Part shown: piece after piece, positions 9,862 to 19,856 of the stretch
Layout: each line of letters opens with the position of its first letter
Numbering within the stretch: the first letter of the stretch is position 1
Virus record (IMG/VR): IMGVR_UViG_3300028666_000031
Direction: 5' to 3' (one strand)
DNA: 64,000 nt
Source: an uncultured virus (IMG/VR IMGVR_UViG_3300028666_000031)
Lineage: Duplodnaviria > Heunggongvirae > Uroviricota > Caudoviricetes
The notes under the pieces: model-generated
The model's input: only the letters and a program-made list of their open reading frames with translations
What the model was told of the DNA's origin: nothing
Database searches by the model: none
Made by a program: the position numbers and the translations under genes

Positions 9862-10673
9862 ATCTCTTGGAAACTAACCCCTGTCATTCCTTGCGCCGTC
9901 AACACCGCTATCAGCTCACCGACGCCGTAAAACTCAAACCCTTCGCCACCCGCGACCGGCGTATCTTCAACGCCATCCACCATCCACAACCCTTGCTGCG
10001 TCACATTCGCCACCGGCACTCCATCGATGCAGAACTGCAATCGTGGCCCTTGCACGGGATTGGGCGCTATTCCACCCACGGCCGTAAACATCGGCGAGAA
10101 AGTCACTTCATCCGCAACACGCAAGCAGAGCTGCCCCTGGATATAGAACGAAGTCCCCCGCGCATTCTGAATTACCTGGCCGTAGAGCGTTGGGTTTACG
10201 CTGATACTGTTGAACGTCCGCGTGGGCGGGTCATACGAAAACAACGTGAACCGTTCGGACCCATTCACCCAATCCACCGTCAACGTGGCCGTCCGCGTCG
10301 TCGCCGTCATCCAACCCGCAGACGTCTGCACCGGCACCACCACCTCGACCGCCCGCGCCGCGTCCTCCGCCGCCCCATCAAAATCCACCCACCACCGCAC
10401 GGGCATATTCGCTGGCACCGTCACCCGGAAATCACAAGCGAACGAAGTGGGGACGAAGACATCCCCACTTCCTCGCGCCCCACCCACTAAAAAAACCGCT
10501 CCTGGAACCGACACCCCACCCACCATCAAAGTCAAAGCCAGCGTCCCATCGGTCGGTGTCACACACGACAACCGGGCGCCCTGCAGCCGCACGTCGACCG
10601 GCCACGAGTAAATCCCCGGCAGATACCGTCCGCCGGTCAGAACCCCGTCCACTTTGAACAACGCCGGATTCAA
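9858..10673 (-). CDS. Putative tail/structural protein
   Basis: N-terminal YSWPVDVRL...VRW domain paralogous to the C-terminus of 13467-14471; probable TTG start after the leader. Confidence 0.6.
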   Translation of the reverse strand: MNPALFKVDGVLTGGRYLPGIYSWPVDVRLQGARLSCVTPTDGTLALTLMVGGVSVPGAVFLVGGARGSGDVFVPTSFACDFRVTVPANMPVRWWVDFDGAAEDAARAVEVVVPVQTSAGWMTATTRTATLTVDWVNGSERFTLFSYDPPTRTFNSISVNPTLYGQVIQNARGTSFYIQGQLCLRVADEVTFSPMFTAVGGIAPNPVQGPRLQFCIDGVPVANVTQQGLWMVDGVEDTPVAGGEGFEFYGVGELIAVLTAQGMTGVSFQEI

Positions 10674-10756
10674 ATAAAAAAGAGACGGCTGAATCACACC
10701 GAAGTGTGTCAGCCGTCTCTACCCTCAGTTCACGCACACTTGGGTGCGTCCGTCAA
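10674..10756 (-). promoter_or_regulatory. Leader family A copy 2
   Basis: TTGACG-N17-GTGAAC-N10-GACGGCTGA...TCAGCCGTC-TCTTTTTTATTTG. Confidence 0.8.
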
Positions 10757-11379
10757 TGCTTTATTAAATCCAGGTAGGATAGATGCACGTGATCCCGCAA
10801 CCGATTGAGGGTTCCATCGTTGGGGATCACTCGGTCCACCGGGTAATCCTTCATCACTGTTTCCGACGGGTGCCCATCTTGAACCGGCATGCCAGGGCGT
10901 ACCACTCTCCACAGCACGCCTTGCCGTTCTTTAATCATCTTAGCCTCATTGGGAAACCGAACGTCCGTGAAGACGATGACGGGGTTCAATACGATCCGCA
11001 AAGCATCCTTGGCGCGGTCAATCCAGTAATCGTCATTGCCGCCAATGCCCCGGCGAAACTCTGTGCCCCACCATTGCATCATGGGTCGGAACACTTCCTT
11101 GTGTGCCTTAATGAACTCGACGGTCACATTACAGGCGTCTGCAACCTCTTCATACAACGGGTCCGCAAAGGCAATCCGCTGAGCTGTAGGTTCAATCTGC
11201 CTCAGCGCCGCGAACACCGAATCCTTCCCGTGCTGCTTATGCCCAAGTAATCCAATCAGAATGGCATGAGGGTTTGGTTTCCGAACAAACTCAACACACC
11301 GCTTTACCTCTCGGCCCGGCTCAAACACCGGACACGTCCGGTCCGCCTGGTCACATTCCTCACAAATCGAAATACTCAT
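10753..11379 (-). CDS. Deoxynucleoside monophosphate kinase
   Basis: IGLLGHKQHGKDS P-loop, AFADPL, MQWWGTEFRR, TDVRFPNE, HPSE motifs typical of phage dNMP kinases. Confidence 0.85.
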   Translation of the reverse strand: MSISICEECDQADRTCPVFEPGREVKRCVEFVRKPNPHAILIGLLGHKQHGKDSVFAALRQIEPTAQRIAFADPLYEEVADACNVTVEFIKAHKEVFRPMMQWWGTEFRRGIGGNDDYWIDRAKDALRIVLNPVIVFTDVRFPNEAKMIKERQGVLWRVVRPGMPVQDGHPSETVMKDYPVDRVIPNDGTLNRLRDHVHLSYLDLIKH

Positions 11380-12008
11380 TAGTGCCTCAAAAAGATTACG
11401 TCCGGTCGCCGGGGCTTAAAGCAATGGCCACACTCCTCACAGTTCTCCACCTTCCCTCGCTCCTCTGGACAGACTAAACCCTTTGCTCGCGGGTCCCCTT
11501 CAATCCAAGCCTTCCTCCATCCTGCCGGTGGCTCGTCCTTCGTGCTCTCATCCATGCTCGCGAACAACTGGACATTCGGCATGGCCCGCAGCTTCTCCAA
11601 ATCAGGCAGCAACTCGGGCACTCGCCACGACCTGGTATAAGCCCAAAACGTCACACCTAAATTCCAAGCGGCCAACTGAGTCCACCGCTGAATGTATTGC
11701 ACCGTGTCAAAATCCCCCGACACATGCATCCGGACCAATCGTGTTCCAATCGGAAGTTCAGGCACCAAGCAGCCCAACTCCGTGTTCGTCAGATGAACCG
11801 AAGCCACTGGTTCACCAATCCGTTTTGCGTAGCAATGCTCCCGGCACCATGATGTCGCTCCAGGACACGTCACATCGGCTATCTTGGAGTACGTCACCAC
11901 GTTCGGACCAATCTTCAGATTGCCCTTCCCCCACCGCGAAATCGTCACCCCACGCGTGTCAGGCAAAAACACTTCCAACTTCGACCGGCTCTCATTGGTA
12001 ATTTTCAT
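11379..12008 (-). CDS. GP88-family (radical-SAM-like Fe-S) protein
   Basis: CPGATSWCREHCYAKR, RMHVSGDF, WAYTRSW, C-terminal C..CEECGHC. Confidence 0.75.
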   Translation of the reverse strand: MKITNESRSKLEVFLPDTRGVTISRWGKGNLKIGPNVVTYSKIADVTCPGATSWCREHCYAKRIGEPVASVHLTNTELGCLVPELPIGTRLVRMHVSGDFDTVQYIQRWTQLAAWNLGVTFWAYTRSWRVPELLPDLEKLRAMPNVQLFASMDESTKDEPPAGWRKAWIEGDPRAKGLVCPEERGKVENCEECGHCFKPRRPDVIFLRH

Positions 12009-12093
12009 AAATAAAAAAGAGACGGCTGAAACACAACTATTGTGTTCAGCCGTCTCTGCCACTACTTAACCACCTCGACGCGTCAATCGTCAA
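12009..12093 (-). promoter_or_regulatory. Leader family A copy 3
   Basis: TTGACG-N17-GTTAAG-N10-GACGGCTGA...TCAGCCGTC-TCTTTTTTATTT-ATG. Confidence 0.8.
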
Positions 12094-12102
12094 TTGTAAA
12101 TC

Positions 12103-13458
12103 TCAAGGCGTGCAGGAGAACGACCCAATCATCCCTCCCTGCTTATCCCACAAGAACGCCTCCGCCGCCCGCAACCCCATGTAGCCTTTCATCGTATGCC
12201 ACGCACAGGCAGGGCAGAGCGAAGGAATCACTCGCACCCTGAATCCCTTAAACTCATCCACCCCATTCCAATAAAACGTTTCCTTCTTATGATGAAGGTG
12301 GCCTAAGTGAAACTCCCGGAACTGGCTCGCCGCCCACATCTCCGGTCGCTCGGTCGCCATCAGCAACGGCAGGTCCTTGTGCTTCTCTTCCTTCCCGTGC
12401 GTCAATCCAATCAAACACTTGCCCCACTGATAGTACTTCCGCAACGGTGGCTCATTATTGACTGTGACTCCATCCGACTTTGATAAGTATCCCGCAAGCG
12501 TTTCCCCCAAATAGAACACCCGTTCCATGTCGTGATTCCCCGCCACCATCACCACGTCCACCGGGGCCAATTCCCGCAACCGATAAACCGCATCCAGCAT
12601 CAGCTTGCGTCCCTGAACAAACGATTTCTGCCAGCGGCCATCCTCAGACTGTGGCGTGCCCGCCGAGGTTTCCTGCTCCTGGCCGTCCACGTTAAAGAAG
12701 TCATTCCCCACCGGGAACAAAATGCGCCCAATCTTGAAACCCTTGGTCCTTTCAATTAGTGTCTCTAAGGACTCATTGAACGCCGACTGCGCAATCTTTA
12801 CGTCGTAATCCTGGCCGCATTCCGGTGCCCACACCAGCTTGCCCAGGTGCAAATCAAAAATGGAAACCTCGAGGAGCGCTCCCTCGGTCTGCTTATGAAC
12901 ACAAGGTCGATGCGGCGCTTGCTTCCGGAACTCCGTCAGCATCTGTTCAATCAGCGCCCTGGTCCTCTGAACCACCACCTTACGCTTGAACGTCACCTCC
13001 ACTTTGCACATCGGCTCGACCATCGGCTTGCGATTCCGCCGGGTCCAAAGTGTTGACTTGCCACCCCCATCACCAGTGGCAATCATCGGTGTCCCGTCGG
13101 GATTAAACACCGTGGTGGCTGGCTCCCGCATCGTCACTTCCCACTTACCGAACTTCCACTTGTCTACCTCCCACACTTCGAGGTCTACCTTGGCAAAGGC
13201 AATTGCCTCGTCCAGCGTATGAATATTGCGCATCACCCCGCGCAACACCGCGTCTTTCCCGTTATCCTCAAACTCGTAGCCCACCTTTATTTCCGGACCC
13301 GGCGCGGGAACACTCGAAGGCGAACTGCCAGGACTCTTTGCCGCCATCCGTGCGGTATCCGGCTTCACGCCAAACACCTTTCCGATTTCAACCCAGGACT
13401 TCTTCTGTGCCCTGAGTTTCCGGACTGTTTCGATTTCCTCCTGAGTCCATTTTTTCAT
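12103..13458 (-). CDS. Calcineurin-like metallophosphoesterase with N-terminal HTH
   Basis: DLHLGK, GNDFFN, GNHD, THG, GHLHH motifs; N-terminal KWTQEE...SWVEIGKVFG. Confidence 0.8.
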   Translation of the reverse strand: MKKWTQEEIETVRKLRAQKKSWVEIGKVFGVKPDTARMAAKSPGSSPSSVPAPGPEIKVGYEFEDNGKDAVLRGVMRNIHTLDEAIAFAKVDLEVWEVDKWKFGKWEVTMREPATTVFNPDGTPMIATGDGGGKSTLWTRRNRKPMVEPMCKVEVTFKRKVVVQRTRALIEQMLTEFRKQAPHRPCVHKQTEGALLEVSIFDLHLGKLVWAPECGQDYDVKIAQSAFNESLETLIERTKGFKIGRILFPVGNDFFNVDGQEQETSAGTPQSEDGRWQKSFVQGRKLMLDAVYRLRELAPVDVVMVAGNHDMERVFYLGETLAGYLSKSDGVTVNNEPPLRKYYQWGKCLIGLTHGKEEKHKDLPLLMATERPEMWAASQFREFHLGHLHHKKETFYWNGVDEFKGFRVRVIPSLCPACAWHTMKGYMGLRAAEAFLWDKQGGMIGSFSCTP

Positions 13459-13466
13459 AAATCGAT

Positions 13467-14471
13467 TTAGGCCGCCGTCACGCCCATCGTCAGCGCGCAT
13501 GCCCACGCTGCTTGTTCCGGTATCGGACCGCTCACAATCTGCCAACGCACCACACTCCCGGCATGCACCACCAACCCGCCGATATCCACACTCCCAATCA
13601 CTTCCGTATTCGCTGAGCCCGCCGCTAAGGTCACTTGCGCCTGCACGGCCGCCTCGCTGTCCGCGGTAACTGTCGTGCTGTCCACCGTCACCCCTGTGCT
13701 GTCCACCGTGGGTTCACTCGTCCCGCCGCTGGTGGCCCCACCGCTGCCTCCCGTCACCTCCTGAACCAACACCCCGTCAATCTCCAACCCCAACACTGTG
13801 TCTTGCCCTTGCGATGCCCAGGCTGTGGCCTGCACCTTGCCCAACCGCACATCTACCGGCCATCGGTATTGCCCGAGCAAATAATCTCCGACCACCATTG
13901 GATTCTCGCGGAAGAAAGGAACCGTCTGCGCATCCAACACCGCTTCAGGTAGGGGTGTGTAAGGCCCCGGAAGAATCGTCGGAGGAGTTGCCCCAGGATT
14001 ATAAATGGTCTGGACCGGCCCTGCCTTCGTTCCGCCGTTATCCACGAACCGTTGTGCCCGCCAGACCTGTTGCGTTCCAAAATGATTTGTCCCCGCCGAG
14101 GTCCACTCCACCCGTCGGGCCGTCACTCCAAAGTATTGGCGCTGATACCAGGTTCGCTCCCGGGAATCGTACCAGACCCATTCCAGCACATACTGCTGAT
14201 TGCGCCGGGGAACGAAGTCCGTCGGAGCCGCCCGCCGAATCAACCATGTCCGGTCAATCGTCAGCACGTGCTCCTCATCGACATGATGCGCCGTCGTGTA
14301 GCGCTCGCCCGCACCTTGCAACTTCACCTCTTCAAATTCCATCGACATGCGCAGTCCGGTTGCCAAGGCCCCCGACCACACCGGCGCGGCCACGATCGCT
14401 TGCCCATCCGCCGCCGCGGGATACAGTGACAGCACTGCCTCATGCAGCATGTAAGGAATTCGGTCATTCAT
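13467..14471 (-). CDS. Putative tail protein
   Basis: 334-aa ORF downstream of capsid and connector genes; TVDSTGVTVDSTTVTAD repeat. Confidence 0.55.
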   Translation of the reverse strand: MNDRIPYMLHEAVLSLYPAAADGQAIVAAPVWSGALATGLRMSMEFEEVKLQGAGERYTTAHHVDEEHVLTIDRTWLIRRAAPTDFVPRRNQQYVLEWVWYDSRERTWYQRQYFGVTARRVEWTSAGTNHFGTQQVWRAQRFVDNGGTKAGPVQTIYNPGATPPTILPGPYTPLPEAVLDAQTVPFFRENPMVVGDYLLGQYRWPVDVRLGKVQATAWASQGQDTVLGLEIDGVLVQEVTGGSGGATSGGTSEPTVDSTGVTVDSTTVTADSEAAVQAQVTLAAGSANTEVIGSVDIGGLVVHAGSVVRWQIVSGPIPEQAAWACALTMGVTAA

Positions 14472-14503
14472 AAAGAAATCCCATTGCAGACGTCTGCAGC
14501 GGA

Positions 14504-14989
14504 CTATGCCACCTTCATCCCGTCACGAGTAAACGTTGCTTTCCACAACGGCGCCTGCACATCGAACTGCGCCAGCACCTCGCCCAAAGGCAACCCCGCC
14601 ATGCCATGCAGCCATGCGTAGTAGGTCTGATACCCGGCAAACCGGGTCCCGTTCTCAATGGAATCAATCTCCGCCTCCAACGTGGTCAGGAACCGGTTCA
14701 GACTCCCAAAGCGTTCCTCAAACCCCCGCATCCCATACCGGTAAGAATCCGGCGCGCTCTGCACGAATAGCTTGGCCGTGTAGTACGTGCATAAGGCGAA
14801 TGAGTTGACGTCGGTGAACTCAGGGGTAATCGCACTCTCATCCGGTGTGAGGATAAACCCGGGAAGCTTGTTACACTGGATGGTAGTCTTCACGGCATCA
14901 CTCAACACCGTGTCGGGATACTGCCGCACGCTCGGATCCCAATCCCGCAACATCACCCGCAACGGCCGATAAAAATAAAGAATCTGCAT
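14504..14989 (-). CDS. Putative head-tail connector
   Basis: 161-aa helical ORF (LRVMLRD...YPDTVL) after the capsid cluster. Confidence 0.5.
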   Translation of the reverse strand: MQILYFYRPLRVMLRDWDPSVRQYPDTVLSDAVKTTIQCNKLPGFILTPDESAITPEFTDVNSFALCTYYTAKLFVQSAPDSYRYGMRGFEERFGSLNRFLTTLEAEIDSIENGTRFAGYQTYYAWLHGMAGLPLGEVLAQFDVQAPLWKATFTRDGMKVA

Positions 14990-15014
14990 AACGTCGAACT
15001 CCGCACTTCAAAGA

Positions 15015-15053
15015 CAAAACGGCGGCTAACCCCCATTCAGGTCAGCCGCCGCT
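15015..15053 (-). terminator. Intrinsic terminator-like hairpin
   Basis: CGGCGGCTGAC...GTTAGCCGCCG followed by TTTTG on the minus strand. Confidence 0.55.
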
Positions 15054-15098
15054 GTTCATCATCCCATCCCCCGTTCGTCCCTGGCTCCCTACGAAGAA

Positions 15099-15962
15099 TT
15101 AATGGGCCACAATCATCGCGAACTGCTCATAAAGCGACGCGGCGCTTTCCCATGTCACCGGCTCGGCGCCTTCGCCCGCGCTCGGTTTCGTGGTCATCAC
15201 CAGGCCGAGCAGCAGAATATGCTGAGTGACCAGCACGTCCTCTTTCTTCTCGACGATCCAACCCGTCACCGGCAAACCGTTATACCGCGACAACCCGTCA
15301 CCGGCACTCGGCACCTTCGCAGAGATGTTCAATGTGCCGACTTCGATTTCACCAGGCTTGATGTAAGCGCCTTTGACGCGCCCATCCTGAATGGCGGTAG
15401 GCACGGGTGCTGCCGGGTCAAAGTCCAGTTTGACCTTCGTCCCAATCTTCTTGAATGAACCGCTGGCCGAATAATCCAGGTCCGGAACACCGCACAGAAT
15501 GATGTTCGGCGCGGTCGCCAAACCCGCATCGGTCGTGACCGAGACCCCGGTAATCGTTTTCCACTTGCTGCCCGCGATGCTCAATGTGCCGTCGGCGCTC
15601 CATCCACGAGGGAAGGCGCGGCTCTGGTCATTGGCGAAACCGGGAGGAGTGAACGTGAACGTGCCGGTCATTGCTGCGCCGGTCTGGTTCGTCCCCGTCA
15701 GGTTCACCACCAAGTCCGTCGGGACCGTTCCGCCCACGTCGGCGCTCACGTCCAACTTGGCCAACACTTGTTGCGGCGTCGCAAGCAACTGCGATGCGCC
15801 CGCCGTGGTCGGTGTCCATACCCCCGAGTTCGGGGCCACCACCGAGATCGTCCCCAAATTCGTGTAACCTTTCGGCGACACATAAAGCTGGAGTTCATAC
15901 CCCAGTGTGGGCTTTAAGGCGGTCGTATAATTGCCCACCGCAATGTCTGCTGGTTTCAACAT
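15099..15962 (-). CDS. Putative major tail/tube-like structural protein
   Basis: 287-aa beta-rich ORF immediately after the major capsid gene. Confidence 0.5.
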   Translation of the reverse strand: MLKPADIAVGNYTTALKPTLGYELQLYVSPKGYTNLGTISVVAPNSGVWTPTTAGASQLLATPQQVLAKLDVSADVGGTVPTDLVVNLTGTNQTGAAMTGTFTFTPPGFANDQSRAFPRGWSADGTLSIAGSKWKTITGVSVTTDAGLATAPNIILCGVPDLDYSASGSFKKIGTKVKLDFDPAAPVPTAIQDGRVKGAYIKPGEIEVGTLNISAKVPSAGDGLSRYNGLPVTGWIVEKKEDVLVTQHILLLGLVMTTKPSAGEGAEPVTWESAASLYEQFAMIVAH

Positions 15963-16059
15963 AAAAATTTATCCTTCTAATCGGGGTCCGGCCCTTTACC
16001 TAAGAGCCGAACCCATTGGTTAAAGCCTGTTTCGCGTCAGCGCGATTGGCCCCCACCTC

Positions 16060-17274
16060 TTACTCGTTGGTGGTGACGGTGCCGGTGCTCGCGGCGTACG
16101 TAATGCGCAGAGCGTGCGCGCGCCAGGGCTCAAAGAAGGTCATAGCCAACACCTTCATCGCGGTCCGGGTTTCCCAATTCTTCCTGGGGAAACTCTCGAC
16201 GAATTCCTGGTCCATGCTCGGCTTGACCAGGATTTTGCCCACCGGGCGATTCAACACCGGGTAACAGGTGCCAGGAGGCAGAGTCACATCCGGAACCAAC
16301 GTCCAATTGATGCCCATGTAGGAAAACCGGGTGTACTGCTGCAGGATGCCTTCGGCCACCTGGTTGTAGAACGTGCCCGTCGGAACGATTTCCGAAGTCA
16401 GGCCCGTGGTTTCACTCGACGGAATCAGGATGGCCCCAGTCGGACGCAGTGGCCCGTTCAGGACAGTCCCGAATGCATCGCAATGCGCCATGATCTTTCG
16501 AATGACGGCCAGGCGGAATCCAGTCTTGGCCCCAGCATCATCCAGGTCCGCGTTCTTATAATCGTTGGTCGTCGGCAGATTCGACGTCGCGATACGCACG
16601 TTCGGAATCCATGTCTTGTCCAGCGCGCTGCCCGTGGTCTTGAAAGCGCCATAGACGCCGGTGCCATAGGACTTGCTGTTGATGGTCCCGCCCACCAGGA
16701 GGTTGAACGCTTCGGCGTCCACCATGTTCGCCATGTCCCAGCCCAAGTCCACAGTCGCTTGCGCGGCGGCGGCTACGTCTGAGCCTTGCTGGATATCGCG
16801 CATCTGGTAGCCGATATCGTTCGAGGTCAACTCGCGGACGTCGATGAACGTCTGCTTGCGGGCCTTGACCAGTTTCTGGCCACGAGCGCCACCGTCCTGG
16901 CCGATGTAACGAATGCCAACGGGCACCCGGTAACTGTGCTCGACGCAGAACTGTTCCTTGTCTTTCAGAGTGATTGTCTCGTAGAACAACGAAGCGAACT
17001 GGCTGGTGGCACGGACATACAAATCAATGTATTCCATGCGCAACTCGTTCAACTCCATCACTGCGTCATGATCGCCGTGCCGGGCTTTCTCCATCAGCTC
17101 GCGGCATTCCTGCTCGGCTTTGGCTTTCTCGTCGGCTTTTTCCTGGCTCTCGTCCAGGGCCAACTCGAAGGACTTGTCCAACCCGGTAAGATTACCGGAA
17201 GCGGCCGTAAGACCGGCCAGCAGAACCACGCGGTCCCGCATCCCCCTCAGATTGATTACTGTGCTCGATTTCAT
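16060..17274 (-). CDS. Major capsid protein (putative)
   Basis: 404 aa, follows protease-scaffold-decoration genes, N-terminal coiled segment. Confidence 0.7.
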   Translation of the reverse strand: MKSSTVINLRGMRDRVVLLAGLTAASGNLTGLDKSFELALDESQEKADEKAKAEQECRELMEKARHGDHDAVMELNELRMEYIDLYVRATSQFASLFYETITLKDKEQFCVEHSYRVPVGIRYIGQDGGARGQKLVKARKQTFIDVRELTSNDIGYQMRDIQQGSDVAAAAQATVDLGWDMANMVDAEAFNLLVGGTINSKSYGTGVYGAFKTTGSALDKTWIPNVRIATSNLPTTNDYKNADLDDAGAKTGFRLAVIRKIMAHCDAFGTVLNGPLRPTGAILIPSSETTGLTSEIVPTGTFYNQVAEGILQQYTRFSYMGINWTLVPDVTLPPGTCYPVLNRPVGKILVKPSMDQEFVESFPRKNWETRTAMKVLAMTFFEPWRAHALRITYAASTGTVTTNE

Positions 17275-17323
17275 GTTTCCCTTAACTTCTGAATTTTGTT
17301 GTTTCGGTTTAGGCCGTCAGCGC

Positions 17324-17851
17324 TTAACCAATGGCAACGGCACGAATCCGAAGATTCCCAGCGACCGCTGCGGTCAAGTTATTGGCCGTTAGACTGTAAA
17401 ACGCGGTTTCACCCGACTGCGCGATCCGCAGTTGGCCGTTGATGAACGACAGTTGCTGAGGAACAGTCGTCTGACTGGTAATCTGGCCGGTGCCGCTGTA
17501 GAGGTAAGTCGAACCTTCGCATTCAATCTCTTCAGCTTTCTCGACCGTGACTTCCAAGCCGTCGCTAAACGGCGATTCCAAACCAACCGGGGTGGCGCTC
17601 GTCACGCCGAACACGCGGTCGGACAGAGTCAAACCGCCGATGACCACTTTGCGGGTCAAGTGCCCAATGAACCCGTTGCCGGCCGCCAGCGAGAACTGTT
17701 CGCCGTCGGTGGCATGCGGTCCAAGAGCCAGACCCCGCGCTGCTGTTTCTGTGCCGGAAACGCCAGACGCAAGCTGCGAGCTGCTGAAATTGGCGCTGGC
17801 GTTCAACCACGGCTTGCGCCGCAGGATTTCAAACTGTGTGTTAGGTGTCAT
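17324..17851 (-). CDS. Capsid decoration/cement protein (putative)
   Basis: 175-aa Gly-rich beta protein between scaffold and capsid genes. Confidence 0.55.
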   Translation of the reverse strand: MTPNTQFEILRRKPWLNASANFSSSQLASGVSGTETAARGLALGPHATDGEQFSLAAGNGFIGHLTRKVVIGGLTLSDRVFGVTSATPVGLESPFSDGLEVTVEKAEEIECEGSTYLYSGTGQITSQTTVPQQLSFINGQLRIAQSGETAFYSLTANNLTAAVAGNLRIRAVAIG

Positions 17852-17902
17852 ATTCTCTTCCTACTGATATTCGTTACCTTCGTTTCCTTTGATTGTTGCG
17901 CC

Positions 17903-18661
17903 TTAGAGCAGACCGGCTCGCGGGCCTTTCTTTCCCTTGTCCGCGCCAGCAGCAGGCTGCATCAGCGGTTCGACCTTCTTTTCATCCTTGGGCGCGGCGG
18001 CTGCCGGGGCACCAATGATATCGCTGAACGTTTCCAAACGACCGGCGAATTCTGTGGCCGTGAGCCAAGCGGTGTCTTTCACCAGCTTCTCGCCCTTGCC
18101 ACCCAGCTTGAGGCCCTTGGCCGACAATGCGGCGACGTTCGCCTTGCACGCGTCGAAACGAACCTGGAAATCTTCTCCGCCCAGGATCTCATCCGTCGCA
18201 GTCGGCAACCCGGCCAATTCCACCTGGCCTTTGCGCAAAGCGATGATTTGAGGCAGAACGGATTTGGCCCCTTCGGTCCGGGCGGCATCCGCTAAGGTCT
18301 TGGCTTCGTCCTTGGTCAACAGCTCTTTCTTGGTGAGCTTGTCTTCCATGGCATTCAACGAAAGAGTGCGCGTGCTCAGGTCGGTGCTGATGGCCGTGAT
18401 GCGCGCCATCAAATTGGACACCAGGTCATTCGCCCGGGTGACCGCGTCGCTCAGACTCATCAACGCCCAGCCGGCGTCTTGCGCGGCAGGCACCTGATCA
18501 ATCGGTCCCAGCTTCTTGAGCTGTTCATCCAGCGCTTCCTTGATCTTAAGCATGTCGGGGCGCAGGGCTTCCGGCAGCTTTTCCAGGATCCCGTTCAGGG
18601 ATACGATTTGCGTCTCGTAAAACCCTTTCAGGGCCTTCGCGATTTCAGCATTTGTTTTCAT
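17903..18661 (-). CDS. Capsid scaffolding protein (putative)
   Basis: Ala/Lys/Leu-rich coiled coil with Pro/Ala-rich C-tail, between protease and capsid genes. Confidence 0.6.
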   Translation of the reverse strand: MKTNAEIAKALKGFYETQIVSLNGILEKLPEALRPDMLKIKEALDEQLKKLGPIDQVPAAQDAGWALMSLSDAVTRANDLVSNLMARITAISTDLSTRTLSLNAMEDKLTKKELLTKDEAKTLADAARTEGAKSVLPQIIALRKGQVELAGLPTATDEILGGEDFQVRFDACKANVAALSAKGLKLGGKGEKLVKDTAWLTATEFAGRLETFSDIIGAPAAAAPKDEKKVEPLMQPAAGADKGKKGPRAGLL

Positions 18662-18755
18662 TGTGTTCGTTTCAAAAAAAATCAGCCGGTCTCAATGGGG
18701 AATCTCCGCCCTACCTTGTAATCCTTCTCCGAACCGATTTCAGAGAATCTGTCAA
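18662..18755 (-). promoter_or_regulatory. Leader family B copy 1 (TTGACA...GGCGGAGATTCCC)
   Basis: Shares TTGACA, TTCTCT..GGAGA and a 13-mer with 21952-22046. Confidence 0.6.
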
Positions 18756-18792
18756 CACCTAATCTAAAAAATCTTTTACGGACGTCTGCACG

Positions 18793-18939
18793 TCACTCCG
18801 CCGCCCAAGGATGCCCGAGTTTCTGGTACGCTTCCCGCACGGCCGCAAACGCCCGCGACCGCTTCTGTTGCCGGATAAACGCCCGCGTCATCCGAATCGC
18901 CCGACCCTCCAACTCCGTCACGGTGATAATCGTTTTCAT
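18793..18939 (-). CDS. Small basic hypothetical protein (48 aa)
   Basis: Hand-translated MKTIITVTELEGRAIRM..., ATGA overlap with upstream gene. Confidence 0.45.
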   Translation of the reverse strand: MKTIITVTELEGRAIRMTRAFIRQQKRSRAFAAVREAYQKLGHPWAAE

Positions 18940-19856
18940 TCCATTCCAGTAATTCCCAACGCTTTCAACCACGCTTCCGAATCCGCCTGCACTTGGCGAA
19001 AATAGCCCGCCACGGTCGCCACGCCTTCCTCGAGGAGTTCATCCATGCGGTCCGGGTCGCTCGCTAAAATCTGCTGCACCTCCGCTTCGCGCTCCGCTCC
19101 GTAATGCACCAAGCCCACCCCCATGAAATGCACGGCCCCGTTGATGCCGCCTTTCAGCAGCGTCACCGGCAGTTTGCCCCACGGCCCGGTCACCTTGCGT
19201 TTTTCGAAATGCCACGACTCCAATAAATCTTCCGGGGCATTCTCCACTGCCACGTACCCCAACCCGAGCGCGTTGAACTCCGCCGGGGTGCTATCCTTCA
19301 GCAAGTCCGATTGTTTCTTGGTGGCCGCATCCAAATTGCCCACGATGAATCCCGATTGGAGCAGGGAATAATTGACCTCCATGGAGACCGTCCACTTGCG
19401 ACGGCCGCCCAAATGTTCCCCGAGAACCTGAGGCACCTTCTCTGCCTGCTTATGGATCACGGCAACGCCACGGATCGCCGGCGCCGATTCCAAATTCACC
19501 GACCATCCTTCTGAAGGCGGTTTAGGGAAGTCTACTCCCACGACTGTGCCTAAAATATAATCACGCGGAATCTGGTCCCGCTCCTTCGACTTGTCGTACG
19601 CGCGCAACTTGTGTCCCAGGTCAAACACCTGATGCATCATGCTCCGATACGAGTTGCTGACGGTTCCTGGATGCAGCGCCGTGCCGTAGGCTGTAATCAC
19701 CTGGGAAGCCTTGGTGAACGCATGGCCAAGCTTGAACTCGACGTAGGCCTTACTCTCATCCGGCTCGAGGGTCTGGCCATTAATCTCGATGGCCGCGTTG
19801 CATAACGTTGCCCCCGACCACAACCGTTCCCGCATTTGTCGCTCTTCCATAATCAA
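18936..19856 (-). CDS. Prohead maturation protease-like protein
   Basis: WTVSMEV and HFMGVGLV motifs resembling phage head proteases; upstream of scaffold. Confidence 0.55.
   Translation of the reverse strand: MIMEERQMRERLWSGATLCNAAIEINGQTLEPDESKAYVEFKLGHAFTKASQVITAYGTALHPGTVSNSYRSMMHQVFDLGHKLRAYDKSKERDQIPRDYILGTVVGVDFPKPPSEGWSVNLESAPAIRGVAVIHKQAEKVPQVLGEHLGGRRKWTVSMEVNYSLLQSGFIVGNLDAATKKQSDLLKDSTPAEFNALGLGYVAVENAPEDLLESWHFEKRKVTGPWGKLPVTLLKGGINGAVHFMGVGLVHYGAEREAEVQQILASDPDRMDELLEEGVATVAGYFRQVQADSEAWLKALGITGME

Noticed and set aside
7137..17274. Tape measure protein / tail morphotype call
   Set aside because: No long helical tape-measure-like ORF in the window, but the genome continues beyond the edges, so morphotype is not called
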